Source of the DNA: a virus
Taxonomy: Duplodnaviria > Caudoviricetes
Strand: one strand, 5' to 3'
IMG/VR virus record: IMGVR_UViG_3300017589_000262
Location: 1 to 39,636 of that record
DNA length: 39,636 bases
This document shows, one piece after another, positions 25,789 to 36,053 of this stretch. The position numbers were made by a program, and so were the translations under genes. The first letter of the stretch is position 1. Each line of letters starts with the position of its first letter. The notes beneath the pieces were generated by a model that searched no databases, was not told the DNA's origin, and saw nothing but the letters and a program-made list of their open reading frames with translations.

Positions 25789-26076
25789 ATGCCCACCTAT
25801 CCCGTGAACGAACCCCTGAAGCACGACGGCCAGGGCTACGGCCCTGGCGAGACCGTGGAAATGGACGCCAAGGCGGCCAAGGAGCTGCTGGCCCTGGGCG
25901 CGCTCGGCCCGGCCATCAAGGCCACGGCCAAGGCGGAGCCCAAGGCCAAGGCCGAGAGCAAGCCCGCCGAAACCGGCGCAGCCGAGACCAGCGGCAAGTC
26001 TGATGCCGCAGCCGCTGCAAGCGGCGCTGGCGACGGCACCGGCGAGAACGCCGCTGGCCAGGAGGAAGGCAAGTAA
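25789..26076 (+). CDS. Small head-associated hypothetical protein with Ala/Lys-rich tail
   Basis: PLKHDGQGYGPGETVEM motif; follows the capsid gene. Confidence 0.75.
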   Translation: MPTYPVNEPLKHDGQGYGPGETVEMDAKAAKELLALGALGPAIKATAKAEPKAKAESKPAETGAAETSGKSDAAAAASGAGDGTGENAAGQEEGK

Positions 26077-26498
26077 TGGCCTACGCCACCAAAGAGGACA
26101 TGGTGTCCCGGTTCGGCCTGCATGAGGTGATAGCCATCACCGACCGGGAAAACAGCGGAGACATTGACGAGGCGGTGCTGGGCGCGGCCCTGGTGGAGGC
26201 CACGGCGGAGGTCGAAGGCTATCTCGCGGGCCGCTACGCCCTGCCTCTGGTCTCCGTACCTCCTTTGGTGGCGGGCCTTTGCTGCGACATAACGCGCTAC
26301 CGGCTTTCCGGTGCCTCGGTGCTGGAAACCGACACCACCCGCAACCGCTACCGCGACGCCGTGCGCCTGCTGGAACAGATCAGCGCGGGCAAGGTCAGCC
26401 TGGGACTCGACCTGGCTGGTCAGCCCGCGCCCACGGGCGGCGTGCTGATTAAGCCGGGGGAGCGCAGCTTCCCGGCCGGAAGCCTGAAGGACTACTGA
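26076..26498 (+). CDS. Head-tail connector, Mu gp36/DUF1320
   Basis: MAYAT.EDM..RFG, EVEGYLAGRY.LPL, CCDITRYRL, RYRDAVRLL. Confidence 0.9.
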   Translation: MAYATKEDMVSRFGLHEVIAITDRENSGDIDEAVLGAALVEATAEVEGYLAGRYALPLVSVPPLVAGLCCDITRYRLSGASVLETDTTRNRYRDAVRLLEQISAGKVSLGLDLAGQPAPTGGVLIKPGERSFPAGSLKDY

Positions 26499-26499
26499 C

Positions 26500-27147
26500 A
26501 TGAGCACCCCGGAAACCACCCTTGCCCCGCTCACCATCGGGGGCATTGAGGACGCCATAAAAGCGCGCATCGAGCAGGCCTCGGCCTTCGGCGAGTTGGG
26601 CTACAGAATTGCCAGCGTGGCCACCTACAACGGCGAGTTCGACGACCTGGAAAGCCTTGCCAAGGCCCTGCGCGTGCTGCCTGCCGTGTGGGTGGTGCTG
26701 GCCGCATCCGGCAAGCCGGAGCGCAAGGGCAGGGACAAGTGGAAGGTGCCCGTCACCTTCGCCGTCATGGTGGGCTCGCGCAACGTGCGCAGCGAGCATG
26801 CCGCCCGGCGCGATTCCCAGACCGCCCACGGCCTGGAGCCCGGCACCTACCGCCTGTTGCAAGACATGTGGGACCTGTTCGTGGGCCAGGACCTGGGCTT
26901 GGCAATCGACAATTTCACGCCCGGCAGCACCGAGATCATTTTGCAGACCAGGCTGCAAGGCTCGGGCGTGTCCGTGCTGGGTCTGAAGCTGGACACGCAC
27001 TACACGCGCACCGGCAAGACCACGAAGGACGCCGCCAACGCCCCGGACATGCGGGCCGTGGGCTTCAACTACTACCTGAAACCGGGTGACGACATACCCG
27101 ACGCCACCGACCTGCTGAAGTTCGGCGGGGGTGAGGAGGAAGCATGA
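26500..27147 (+). CDS. Mu gp37/DUF1834-like tail completion protein
   Basis: IEDAIKARI, VATYNGEFDD, PAVWV; synteny. Confidence 0.82.
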   Translation: MSTPETTLAPLTIGGIEDAIKARIEQASAFGELGYRIASVATYNGEFDDLESLAKALRVLPAVWVVLAASGKPERKGRDKWKVPVTFAVMVGSRNVRSEHAARRDSQTAHGLEPGTYRLLQDMWDLFVGQDLGLAIDNFTPGSTEIILQTRLQGSGVSVLGLKLDTHYTRTGKTTKDAANAPDMRAVGFNYYLKPGDDIPDATDLLKFGGGEEEA

Positions 27148-27347
27148 AAGTAAAAGCCGCAAGCGGATTGCGCGTGCCCAAGGAAAGCAAACCGCGCCAG
27201 TACATCACCGAGACTGACGCCGTGGAAGTGCCCGAAACCGCTTACTACCTGCGCCGCGTGGCCGAAGGCGACCTGGAGCGGGTGGACCTGCCCCCGGCGA
27301 CCACGGCCAAGGCCCAAAAGGCCACCACGGCCACCACCCAGGAGTAA
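27144..27347 (+). CDS. Mu gp38/DUF2635-like protein
   Basis: MKVKAASGLRVPKE...VEVPETAYYLRRVAEGDL. Confidence 0.85.
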   Translation: MKVKAASGLRVPKESKPRQYITETDAVEVPETAYYLRRVAEGDLERVDLPPATTAKAQKATTATTQE

Positions 27348-27350
27348 GAC

Positions 27351-28775
27351 ATGGCCAGCAAGAATATCTCTTTCGAGAAGATTCCCGCTTCCATCCGCAA
27401 GCCGGGCAAGTTTTTCGAGTTCAACACCAAACTTGCGGTGCGCACCCTGACCGCGAACTCGCAAAAGGTGCTCATTCTTGGCCAGCGCCTGACCGCTGGC
27501 AGCGTTGCCACAATGGTACCGACGCGTGTTTTCAGCGATGCCGAGACGGCGGAGTACTTCGGTCAGGGCAGCATGTTGCACCGCATGGTGCGCGCGGCCA
27601 TCAATGCATACGCCTATGTGGAGCTGACCTGCCTGGCCGTGGAGGATGCGGCTGCGGGCCTTGCCGCCACCGGCGGTGTGACGTTCACAGGCCCGGCTAC
27701 CGGCTCCGGCGTGGTTGCTGTGCAGGTAGGCAAGGACCTGGTGCAAGTGGCCGTGGAAAGCGGCGATACCGCCGCCGAGGTTGCCTCCGCCCTGGTGGCC
27801 CAAGCCGCGCAGCAGCAAGACCTTCCCGTGGTGTTCACAGCCAACGCCGGGGCGCTCACTATCACGGCCAAGCACAAGGGCAGCCTGGGCAACGCCATCA
27901 AGTTGGCTTGCCTCAACACGGCGGGCGGCATCGCTGGCACCGTCGCGGCAATGGCGGGCGGCCAGGTGGACCCGAGCATCACTGAAGCGCTGTCTCTTGT
28001 GGCCGGAGCGGGACACACCATCATCATCACTCCGTACACGGACCTGGAAAACCTGACGGCCCTGCGCACGCACCTGGAGTTCACAGGCGGGCCGCTGGAA
28101 CAGCGTGGCGCCATCGGCGTCTACGCATTGGCAGGCACCCTGGCCAGCGCCACCACTTTGGCTGGGCAAGTGAACCATGGCCGCCTCACCGGCGGGCTCT
28201 TGCGCGGGGCGCGCCGTCTGCCCTGGGAGATTGCCGCTGCCTATGGCGCGGACATCGCCAGCGAGGAAGACCCGTCCAATCATTTTGACAACATGGAGCT
28301 GATTGGCATCGACGTACCGGACGTAGCCGACCGCCTGACCCGCACGGAACAGGAGGTGCTGCTGCACAACGGCGTGACTCCGTTTGAGGTGGGGCCAGAC
28401 GGCAACAGCGTGCAGATCGTGCGCGCCATCTCAACCTACACGCTGAATGCGGAAGGCGTGGAGGACTCGTCCCTGCTCGACATCACGACCTTTCGCACCC
28501 TGGACTATGTGCGCAAGGCCATGCGCGAGCGCATTGCCCTGCGTTTCCCCCGTTGCAAGCTTTCCAGCCGCACCCCTGCCAAGGTCCGCAGCGAGATACT
28601 CGACGTATTGGCCAAGATGGAAGAACTGGAGATCGTGGAAGAGGTAGAGGCCAATAAGGACGGGGTGGTGGTTGAACGTGACCTTCAGGACGTGAATCGC
28701 CTGGACGCCAAGATCCCTACCGACGTGGTGAACGGCCTGCACGTGTTCGCTGGTCGCATTGATCTTTTGCTCTAA
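27351..28775 (+). CDS. Contractile tail sheath protein (Mu gpL-like)
   Basis: IPASIRKPG.FFEFN, FGQGSMLHRM, LLHNGVTP, DVVNGLHVFAGRIDLLL. Confidence 0.93.
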   Translation: MASKNISFEKIPASIRKPGKFFEFNTKLAVRTLTANSQKVLILGQRLTAGSVATMVPTRVFSDAETAEYFGQGSMLHRMVRAAINAYAYVELTCLAVEDAAAGLAATGGVTFTGPATGSGVVAVQVGKDLVQVAVESGDTAAEVASALVAQAAQQQDLPVVFTANAGALTITAKHKGSLGNAIKLACLNTAGGIAGTVAAMAGGQVDPSITEALSLVAGAGHTIIITPYTDLENLTALRTHLEFTGGPLEQRGAIGVYALAGTLASATTLAGQVNHGRLTGGLLRGARRLPWEIAAAYGADIASEEDPSNHFDNMELIGIDVPDVADRLTRTEQEVLLHNGVTPFEVGPDGNSVQIVRAISTYTLNAEGVEDSSLLDITTFRTLDYVRKAMRERIALRFPRCKLSSRTPAKVRSEILDVLAKMEELEIVEEVEANKDGVVVERDLQDVNRLDAKIPTDVVNGLHVFAGRIDLLL

Positions 28776-28826
28776 CAGCCACTTTCCAAACAAGCCGCAA
28801 ACCGGCGTTTAACGGAGATTAAACAC

Positions 28827-29198
28827 ATGAGCACCGACTATGTGGGCACAATAGTTCTGGAGATTGACGGCGCGGATTACGACGTCGAATCCCTGGACGC
28901 CACGGACAAGACCGGCCGCAAGGTTGTGAAGACCATGAACCGCACGGGTCGTCCCAAAGGCTCGACCAACGGCATCAAGGAATTCAGCATGAAAATCACC
29001 GTGGCCATTCCGGCCTCGGGCGAGCCGGACTGGTGGAACATGAAGGACGCCAAGCTCACCATCGAACCCGTGGACAACAGCGCCAAGCGCGTGACCTACT
29101 CCGGCTGTGGCGTGGAGGAAGTGGGCAGCAAGTACGTGGTGGACGGCGAGGCCAAGCGTGACCTGACGCTTTTCGCCCTCAACCGCGTGGAGGAGTAG
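28827..29198 (+). CDS. Tail tube protein
   Basis: Beta-rich 123 aa ORF after the sheath; RKVVKTMNRTGR motif. Confidence 0.8.
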   Translation: MSTDYVGTIVLEIDGADYDVESLDATDKTGRKVVKTMNRTGRPKGSTNGIKEFSMKITVAIPASGEPDWWNMKDAKLTIEPVDNSAKRVTYSGCGVEEVGSKYVVDGEAKRDLTLFALNRVEE

Positions 29199-29201
29199 CC
29201 C

Positions 29202-29708
29202 ATGAATGACCTGCTCACCAAACTGAAGGCCGGAGGCGCGGCCCTGCGCCGCGTGACCCTGCCCCGCAAGGAAGGCGAGGCCCCGGAATTGGGCCTGCGC
29301 GTGCTGACCGAGGCCGACTACCTGGAAGCTGGCCTGGCCGCCATCGAAACCCTGCGCGCCAACGGGCACGAGGACGCCAACCTGGCCAACTCCGAGCTGT
29401 TCGAGCAGACCAAGGTGACGGAGCTTTTGGCCCGCGCCCTGGTGGACCCGCAGAACGGTGAAGCCCTGGCCCGGAACGCCGGAGAGCTGCGCAGCGTGCT
29501 TACCCGCGCGGACAGGGTGTTCCTGATTGAACAGTACCTGGACCATGAACGCGAATTCTCGCCCAGCGAGGCCACCATGGACGGCGAGGCCTTTGCCCAG
29601 CTTTTGGACGAGGTAAAAAAAAATCCCGCGACGCCTCGTTTGAGCGATTTCAGTTCCGTTACGCTGAAAAGGCTCGTGCAGTCTTTGGCCGTGCCGGAAA
29701 TGAGCTGA
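29202..29708 (+). CDS. Tail assembly chaperone (short form)
   Basis: Between tube and tape measure; contains an A9 slippery run. Confidence 0.8.
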   Translation: MNDLLTKLKAGGAALRRVTLPRKEGEAPELGLRVLTEADYLEAGLAAIETLRANGHEDANLANSELFEQTKVTELLARALVDPQNGEALARNAGELRSVLTRADRVFLIEQYLDHEREFSPSEATMDGEAFAQLLDEVKKNPATPRLSDFSSVTLKRLVQSLAVPEMS

Positions 29709-29854
29709 CGCGCGGCCAGTGGCTCTACCTGCTGGCCATGGTCCTGGCCGAGGCCGAGGACCTGAAGAACCCGGCGGGCGACGGCAAGACCAAGCGTTAC
29801 GTCGCCACCCGCCGCAAGCATAAACCGAACACACCCAAGAGGCCCCGACCGTGA
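29613..29854 (+). other. Programmed -1 frameshift site and extension of the tail assembly chaperone
   Basis: GTA AAA AAA AAT (A-run 29615-29623); the -1 frame stays open to TGA 29852-29854, overlapping the tape-measure GTG. Confidence 0.75.
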
Positions 29855-31659
29855 GCAACAACATGCGACTTTTCCTGCGGATGGACTGGGACGGCAGCCG
29901 TGTGGCCACCGGCCTTTCCCAATCGCAGGCGCAGCTCAAGCGCTTCACGGACGGGGCTTCGGCCGGGATTACGAAGCTGCGCAAGCATGCGCATGAGTTG
30001 AACACGGCCATGGGCGGCTTCTCCAGCATCACGCGTCTGGCCGGGGCCTATGTTGGCTTGCAGACCGCGCGCGAGACGCTGAACAAAAACCTTGGCTTTG
30101 AGAAGACCATGCTGTCCGCCAAGCAACTCGCCAATATGACCTTAGCGGAAGCCGCCACTCTGCGCCAGGCGGCTATTGAGTACTCGAAAACGGGCTTGGC
30201 CGGACCTCAAGAGCTGGCCGAGGCGATTGAGACGCTGGCCAATGCGGGCATGAAGGCTCCAGATATCATCGCCCGGCTCGGTGAGATTAACCGCGCCGCT
30301 GTCGCCTTCGGCTCATCGGTGAAGGATATTGCCAACATGGACTTCGACTTGGCCGAGAAATTCAAGATTTCTCCCGAGCAAATGAAGGGAGTGCATGAAC
30401 TTTGGTATTTCCATTCCAAGGAGGGCCGTTTTGAAGCCAAGAGTATGAGCATGTTCGCGCCAAAGTTTTTGACCAAGATGTCCCAGGTGGGCGTGACTGG
30501 CGTGCAAGGCGTGAACCTCACAGGAGCCATTCTCCAGGCCGTGCAGAAGGCCGCGCCTGCCACGGACCCAGGCGAAACCATAACGATGTTGGAAAATGGT
30601 TTGGGGCACATTTTCACCCAACATGACAAGAAGGGCATGAAAAAATATGCCGGGATCAACATTGAAAAGTACACCCCCGGCGGCAAGTTTTATGGCGAAG
30701 GTGGCGCTCAGGGCTTGGTTGACATGACCCAGGCCATGAAAAACGCAGGCCTCGCGGACATGCACAAACTGTCCAGGGTATTCCGCGAGAAGGAGTCACA
30801 GACTTTTTGGTACCAAATGATCACGCAACTTGATGCGATCAAAGCGGCCATGGCTGAAGGTGAAAAGAAAATGGCCGAGCAGGAGCTCCAGAAGGATTAC
30901 GAAGAGAAGATGCGGTCGAATTATGGTCGCCTCCAGCAGGCACTAAATCGTTTCTCACGCGCCCAAATGAGCGGCCCCGTGACGGCGATGACGACAGGCG
31001 CGGTCGACGCGTTATCGTTTGCAGCAGAAAATCCTTTGCAAGCCGGGGTGGGTGCGCTGGGGCTCTTCATGGCCGGACGCATGGCCTACAACCGCATCCG
31101 CAACGGCAAGGCCGGAGGCGGAGCTGGCGGCATGGCCGACGCCGCCATGGGCATGGCCGGGGTGCAGCGCGTGTTTGTGGTCAACATGCCCGGCGGCATG
31201 GGCGGCGCGGGCCAATTGGCCCTGCCTCCCGGCGAGGGCTGGAGTCCGGCCGCTGCGGCCAAAGCAAGCCGCTGGGCCGGAGCCTTTGGCGCGGCCAAGG
31301 GCGCGCTCAAGATCGGCGCGCCGCTCGCTTTGGCGTTCGGCGCATACGACGCCTATAGCGTGGGCCAAAACAGCCAGCTGAACGCCGAGGCCAAGAAAAC
31401 CGAGTACGGGCGCATTGCTGGTGGCGCGGCCGGTGGTCTTGGCGGCGCGGCGATTGGTGCGGGCATCGGCGCTTGGTTCGGAGGCGTCGGGGCCATCCCC
31501 GGCGCGCTCATCGGCGGCGCGTTCGGCAATTGGCTGGGCGAAAGAGCAGGCAAGGCGGCTGCGGAGAAGATCCAACTCCAGACCACGATCCAGCTCGACG
31601 GACGCGTGCTGGCCGAACAGATCCGCGAGTACAACCGCGACGAATCGCGGCGGGACTAG
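29851..31659 (+). CDS. Tail tape measure protein
   Basis: Ala/Gly-rich helical protein; VQRVFVVNMP and Gly-zipper C-terminus; synteny. Confidence 0.88.
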   Translation: MSNNMRLFLRMDWDGSRVATGLSQSQAQLKRFTDGASAGITKLRKHAHELNTAMGGFSSITRLAGAYVGLQTARETLNKNLGFEKTMLSAKQLANMTLAEAATLRQAAIEYSKTGLAGPQELAEAIETLANAGMKAPDIIARLGEINRAAVAFGSSVKDIANMDFDLAEKFKISPEQMKGVHELWYFHSKEGRFEAKSMSMFAPKFLTKMSQVGVTGVQGVNLTGAILQAVQKAAPATDPGETITMLENGLGHIFTQHDKKGMKKYAGINIEKYTPGGKFYGEGGAQGLVDMTQAMKNAGLADMHKLSRVFREKESQTFWYQMITQLDAIKAAMAEGEKKMAEQELQKDYEEKMRSNYGRLQQALNRFSRAQMSGPVTAMTTGAVDALSFAAENPLQAGVGALGLFMAGRMAYNRIRNGKAGGGAGGMADAAMGMAGVQRVFVVNMPGGMGGAGQLALPPGEGWSPAAAAKASRWAGAFGAAKGALKIGAPLALAFGAYDAYSVGQNSQLNAEAKKTEYGRIAGGAAGGLGGAAIGAGIGAWFGGVGAIPGALIGGAFGNWLGERAGKAAAEKIQLQTTIQLDGRVLAEQIREYNRDESRRD

Positions 31660-31668
31660 GAGGCGGGC

Positions 31669-32901
31669 ATGGCTTGGGAAAAGAGACTGCTCGACGCCAA
31701 GTTCCGGGGCGTTACCTTCGACTGTCAGTTGGCGGACGATGATTTTGAGCGCCACGGGGTGGAGCACACGCGGCCCTTTGTGGACGGCGCGGCAATGGAG
31801 GACCTGGGCCGGGGCGCGCGCCGCCTGCGCATCAAGGCCATCTTCTTCGGCGATGATTACGAAGACCGGATGGAAGCCTTTTTGAAGGTGCTGGAGCAGC
31901 CCGGCAAGGGCGACCTGGTGCATCCGGTGTTCGGTCCGCTCAAGGCCCAGCTGCTGACCCTCCACATACATCACGAGTCCGACAACGTGGACGCGGCGGA
32001 CGTGGAGATGACCTTTGCCGAAAGCGCGCTGGACTCTCCGCTTTTTGCGGGCAGCAAGCCCGGACAGAAGGCGGCGGCCATCTCCACGCAATCCAGCGCG
32101 GTCAGAACCGCCGCCGCCGAGGCCTTGGCCAAGGCCGTTGCCGCCTGCAAAAACGCCACGGCCATGAGTCGGGCTGGTCTAGCCAGCATAGCCGAGCTGA
32201 AGGCCAACGTGGATAGCGTGACCACCAGCGGGGCCAGCATCACCAGCATTCCCAAGGCGTGGGCAAGCGACGTGGCCAGCTTGGTGGCCAGCGTTGTGGA
32301 TTTGAAGAGCGCCGGATCGTCCTCGCTTTTGGCTGGCTTCGCCGCATCGCTCGCGATCCTGAATTCGATGGTCCAGTCTTTGAGCCCGTCGGAATCCGGC
32401 AGCAGCTCAAGCGGCAGCGGGTCAAGCTCGTCTGACGCGGCGCTGCCCCTCATCAAGGGCGAGGAGCTGGACCAGGTGGTGGCGCATGTGGAGCTGGAAA
32501 GCGCGCTTGGCGTGGCCGAGGCCGCTCAGATCGTGCTGGAGTCCGAGGCGGACACGCCCACCCTGACGCCTGACGAGATTGAAACCGTGACGGCCAACAC
32601 GCGCGAGAGCCTGCAAACCAGCATCGACACCTACCGCGACCTGTACGACCTGGAACAGGCGCGCCCGGTCATCGAAACCCTGAAGGACGTGGCCGCCGCC
32701 GTGCAGACCGCCGCCGAGGCGGTGCTTTTGGCCAAACCGCCCCTGGTCACGCACACCCTGGCCGGGCGCACATGCCCGCGCCTGCTTGCGCACCAGCTTT
32801 ACGGCGACCACACGCGAGCGGCGGAAATCGTAAGACTCAACGCCCTGCCTGACCCCAACTTTCTAGCCGCTGGATCGGTGCTCCGTGTCTACTCAAGCTG
32901 A
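31669..32901 (+). CDS. DNA circularisation protein (Mu gpN-like)
   Basis: LLDAKFRGVTF, EDLGR, G.LVHPVFG, LYGDHTRAAEIVRLN. Confidence 0.9.
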   Translation: MAWEKRLLDAKFRGVTFDCQLADDDFERHGVEHTRPFVDGAAMEDLGRGARRLRIKAIFFGDDYEDRMEAFLKVLEQPGKGDLVHPVFGPLKAQLLTLHIHHESDNVDAADVEMTFAESALDSPLFAGSKPGQKAAAISTQSSAVRTAAAEALAKAVAACKNATAMSRAGLASIAELKANVDSVTTSGASITSIPKAWASDVASLVASVVDLKSAGSSSLLAGFAASLAILNSMVQSLSPSESGSSSSGSGSSSSDAALPLIKGEELDQVVAHVELESALGVAEAAQIVLESEADTPTLTPDEIETVTANTRESLQTSIDTYRDLYDLEQARPVIETLKDVAAAVQTAAEAVLLAKPPLVTHTLAGRTCPRLLAHQLYGDHTRAAEIVRLNALPDPNFLAAGSVLRVYSS

Positions 32902-34045
32902 GAATGAAAAGGTCGCGCTCCTCATTGCCGGCAATGCCCACGACGAGTGGGACAGCTACGAGGTGGATTCGGACCTGCTCACCCCGGCGGACGCCTGGCG
33001 CGTGCGCCTGGGCCTTACCGAAACCAGCGTCTTGCCTGCCGACGTGACGCCCGCCGCCGCCTGCCAGCTGCGCATCGGGCCGGACTTGGTCATGACCGGG
33101 CGCGTTGACGACGTGCGCGTGCGCGTGGACAAGCGCAACCACAGCCTGGAGATAACGGGGCGCGACGGCGCTGCCACCTTGCTGGATTGCTCGGCCCCGC
33201 TCGTGGGCGGCCGCAAGCTCGGCCTGGAGGAGATCATCACCCGCGTTGTGCGTCCCCTGGGCATAACCAAGGTGCGCCTGGCCATGGCCACGGGCGTTGC
33301 CCGCCAGCGGGAGAAAGTGACGGTGGAGCCCGGCGACACCGCCTGGGACACCCTGGTCCACGTGGCCGAAGCCAACGGCATGTGGCCCTGGTTCGACCCG
33401 GACGGCACGCTGGTTATCGGCGGCCCGGACTATTCCGACGCCACCAACCCGCCCGTGGCAACCCTTTGCCTGGCCACCCGCAAGGCTGGCGAAACCGGCG
33501 TCACCAACGTGGCCAGCATGGAGCGCCGCGAATCCGTGGCCGAGCGGTACAGCACCATCACCGTGCTGGGCCAGACCCACGGCACCGAGGCTTCCGAGGG
33601 CAAGCACGGGCTCAAGTCCTCCGCCGTTGACCCGGACCTGGAAAGCCGCTGGCCCCGGCGCAAGATCATCACCGACTACGAGGCCGACAGCGTGGCCGTG
33701 TGCCGCTCCCGCGCCCAAAAACTTTTGGCGGACAGCCGCTTGAAAGGCTTTGAGACGCGCGTGGAGGTTGAGGGCCACCGCATCATTGCGCCGGGCATGC
33801 CCGGACACGGCAAGCTCTGGACGCCGGGCCAGCGGGTGCAGGTCATTTCTCCGCCCGTGGGCGTTATCGGAACCTATTTCCTCATGTCCCGCACCTTTGT
33901 GCGCTCGCTGGCCGAGGGCACCATGACGCGGCTTTCTTTGCGCGAGGACAAGGTGTGGGTGCTGGAAGCCCACCCGCACAAGCGCAAGCACCGCAGGGGC
34001 AAGAACTACGCGCCGGATGTGGCGGGCGAGGTGGGCGACGAATGA
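32885..34045 (+). CDS. Baseplate hub (Mu gpP/gp44-like)
   Basis: WDSYEVDSDLLTPADAW, GRD.AA.LLDCSAP, LWTPGQRV. Confidence 0.9.
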   Translation: MSTQAENEKVALLIAGNAHDEWDSYEVDSDLLTPADAWRVRLGLTETSVLPADVTPAAACQLRIGPDLVMTGRVDDVRVRVDKRNHSLEITGRDGAATLLDCSAPLVGGRKLGLEEIITRVVRPLGITKVRLAMATGVARQREKVTVEPGDTAWDTLVHVAEANGMWPWFDPDGTLVIGGPDYSDATNPPVATLCLATRKAGETGVTNVASMERRESVAERYSTITVLGQTHGTEASEGKHGLKSSAVDPDLESRWPRRKIITDYEADSVAVCRSRAQKLLADSRLKGFETRVEVEGHRIIAPGMPGHGKLWTPGQRVQVISPPVGVIGTYFLMSRTFVRSLAEGTMTRLSLREDKVWVLEAHPHKRKHRRGKNYAPDVAGEVGDE

Positions 34046-34608
34046 AAAAGCTCATCATGGAGTGTGTGCGCAGGGCGCTGGCCGGAGTGCGCTTTCCTTA
34101 CCGCGCCCGGCTCTCCGGGCTTTCCAAGGGCGCAGGGGTGCAGCTGATCCAGGGCAAGGCCCTGGCCGGGGAAACCATGCAGGCGGCGGAGTTCTTCCAG
34201 CACTTTGGCTTCACGTCCGCGCCCCCGGACGGAACCCAGCTCATCGTGCTGCCCATTGGCGGGCAAAGCGCGCACAGCGTGGTCATTGCCACGGAGAACG
34301 GAGCCTACCGGGTGGACGTGAGCCCCGGCGAGGCCTGCATCTACAACATGTGGGGCGACAAGATCCACCTGAAGCAAGAGCGCATCGAAGTGGAGACCAA
34401 GACGTACCACGTCAAGGCCACTGAGCAGGTGCTGTACGAGACGCCAGCATTCAACATGATTGCACCCGGCGGAGGGGCCACTGCGGCCAATATCCAGGGC
34501 AGCTTGCACGCTTCTGAGGACATGACCGCCGGTGACGTGTCTTTGCGCGGGCATGTGCATGTGGAACACGACAACGGTGGTCCCACTGCGCCGCCCACAG
34601 GGGCTTAA
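34042..34608 (+). CDS. Baseplate spike (Mu gp45/gpV-like)
   Basis: EFFQHFGFTSAPP, GEACIYN.WGD, terminal HVH metal-binding motif. Confidence 0.9.
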   Translation: MKKLIMECVRRALAGVRFPYRARLSGLSKGAGVQLIQGKALAGETMQAAEFFQHFGFTSAPPDGTQLIVLPIGGQSAHSVVIATENGAYRVDVSPGEACIYNMWGDKIHLKQERIEVETKTYHVKATEQVLYETPAFNMIAPGGGATAANIQGSLHASEDMTAGDVSLRGHVHVEHDNGGPTAPPTGA

Positions 34609-34980
34609 ATGGACGCACTCCTCGACCCCACAACCGGCGGCTACGTGCTGACCGACGGCGCACTGGCGCAGGACCCGGCGCGGGGTCTGGCCAACGCGGT
34701 GTACCTGCGGCTCATGACGCCGCTGGGCAGCTATTGGGCGGACGCGGACCTGGGGTCCAGGCTGCACGAGCTGGTGCGCATGAAGGACCTGACTCGCGTG
34801 TCCGTGCTGGCCAAGCAGTACAGCGAGCAGGCCTTGCAACCGCTGTTGGATGACGGCCGCGCCTCGGCCATCGCCGTGGATACGGAGCAACGGCACGACG
34901 GCTGGCTGCGCCTGGTTGTGCGCGTCACCGATGCGGGCGGCCATGAACACCTGTTTAATCACAATGTGAGGGTCATGTAA
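34609..34980 (+). CDS. Baseplate protein, Mu gp46 family
   Basis: NAVYLRLMTPLGSYWAD..LGSRLHEL, EQALQPLLDDGRA. Confidence 0.9.
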   Translation: MDALLDPTTGGYVLTDGALAQDPARGLANAVYLRLMTPLGSYWADADLGSRLHELVRMKDLTRVSVLAKQYSEQALQPLLDDGRASAIAVDTEQRHDGWLRLVVRVTDAGGHEHLFNHNVRVM

Positions 34981-36053
34981 TGGGCTTCACCCCCCCGGAA
35001 TATGCGGACATCAAGACGGCGATTCTGCGCGACACGCAAAGCCAGCTGCCCGACGCCGCCGTGACCACGGACTCGGACTTCGGCGTGCGCGCCGGGGGCT
35101 CGGCTGCTGCAATTGAAGGGCTGTACGAGCACCAGGCGTACATCGCCCGGCAGATTTTCCCGGACACCGCCGACACCGAGTACCTGGAGAAGCACGCCGA
35201 GCTGAAGGGCCTGACGCGCAAGCGCGCCACCGCTGCCCAGGGCGCGGCCACGTTCACGGGCACGGCGGGCGCGACCATCGCCGTGGGCACGGAGGTCAAG
35301 ACCGTGGCCGGGCTGGCCTTCATCACCATGGCGGCGGGCGTTATCGGCCCCGACACGACCGGGGCAGGCGGCACCGCCCTTGTGCCGGTGCAGGCCAGCG
35401 CCACGGGCACGGATTCCAACCTGGCCAGCGGCACCGCGCTCACCCTTACCAGCGCGCCTTCGGGCGTGCAGGGCGCGGCCACGCTCACCACCGCCGCCAC
35501 GGGCGGCACCGTTGCCGAGACCGACGCCGAGCTGCTGGCCCGGCTGCTCGACCTGCTGCGCAATCCGGCCGGGGGTGGGAACAAGGCGGATTGGCGGCGC
35601 TGGGCTCTGGCTGTGGACGGCGTGAGCGAGGCCTATGTGTTCCCGTTGCGCCGGGGCCTGGGCACGGTGGACGTGTGCATCACCTCGGCGGACGGCCTGC
35701 CCTCGGCGGCGATATTGGCCGCCTGCCGCGCGCACCTGGACGAGGAGCGCCCGCCCGGAGCCTCGGACTTCCAGGTGCTGGCCCCCAGCCTGGTGGCGGT
35801 CGCCGTGTCCGTCAAAGTCCGCTTGTCCGGCCTTACCCTGGAGCAGGCGCAGGCAGCCATTGAAACCGCCCTGGGCGTGTACTTCGCCACCCTGGAGCCG
35901 GGCGACACGGCCTATCTGTCGCGCATCGAGACAGCCATTTCCGGCGTGGACGGCGTGGTCGACCGCCAGGTGACAAGCCCCACGGCCAGCGTGGCGGCGG
36001 GCGAGATTGAGTGGCCGCGCCTGGGCACCGTCACTGTGGAGCTGCTGCCATGA
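34980..36053 (+). CDS. Baseplate J-like wedge protein (Mu gp47)
   Basis: QIFPDTAD.EYLEKHA, ETDAELLARL, GGNKADW.RWAL.VDGV, PLRRGLGTVDV. Confidence 0.92.
   Translation: MGFTPPEYADIKTAILRDTQSQLPDAAVTTDSDFGVRAGGSAAAIEGLYEHQAYIARQIFPDTADTEYLEKHAELKGLTRKRATAAQGAATFTGTAGATIAVGTEVKTVAGLAFITMAAGVIGPDTTGAGGTALVPVQASATGTDSNLASGTALTLTSAPSGVQGAATLTTAATGGTVAETDAELLARLLDLLRNPAGGGNKADWRRWALAVDGVSEAYVFPLRRGLGTVDVCITSADGLPSAAILAACRAHLDEERPPGASDFQVLAPSLVAVAVSVKVRLSGLTLEQAQAAIETALGVYFATLEPGDTAYLSRIETAISGVDGVVDRQVTSPTASVAAGEIEWPRLGTVTVELLP

Noticed and set aside
32380-32435. Ser/Gly-rich tract in the DNA circularisation protein
   Set aside because: An ordinary low-complexity linker with no DNA-level tandem repeat.
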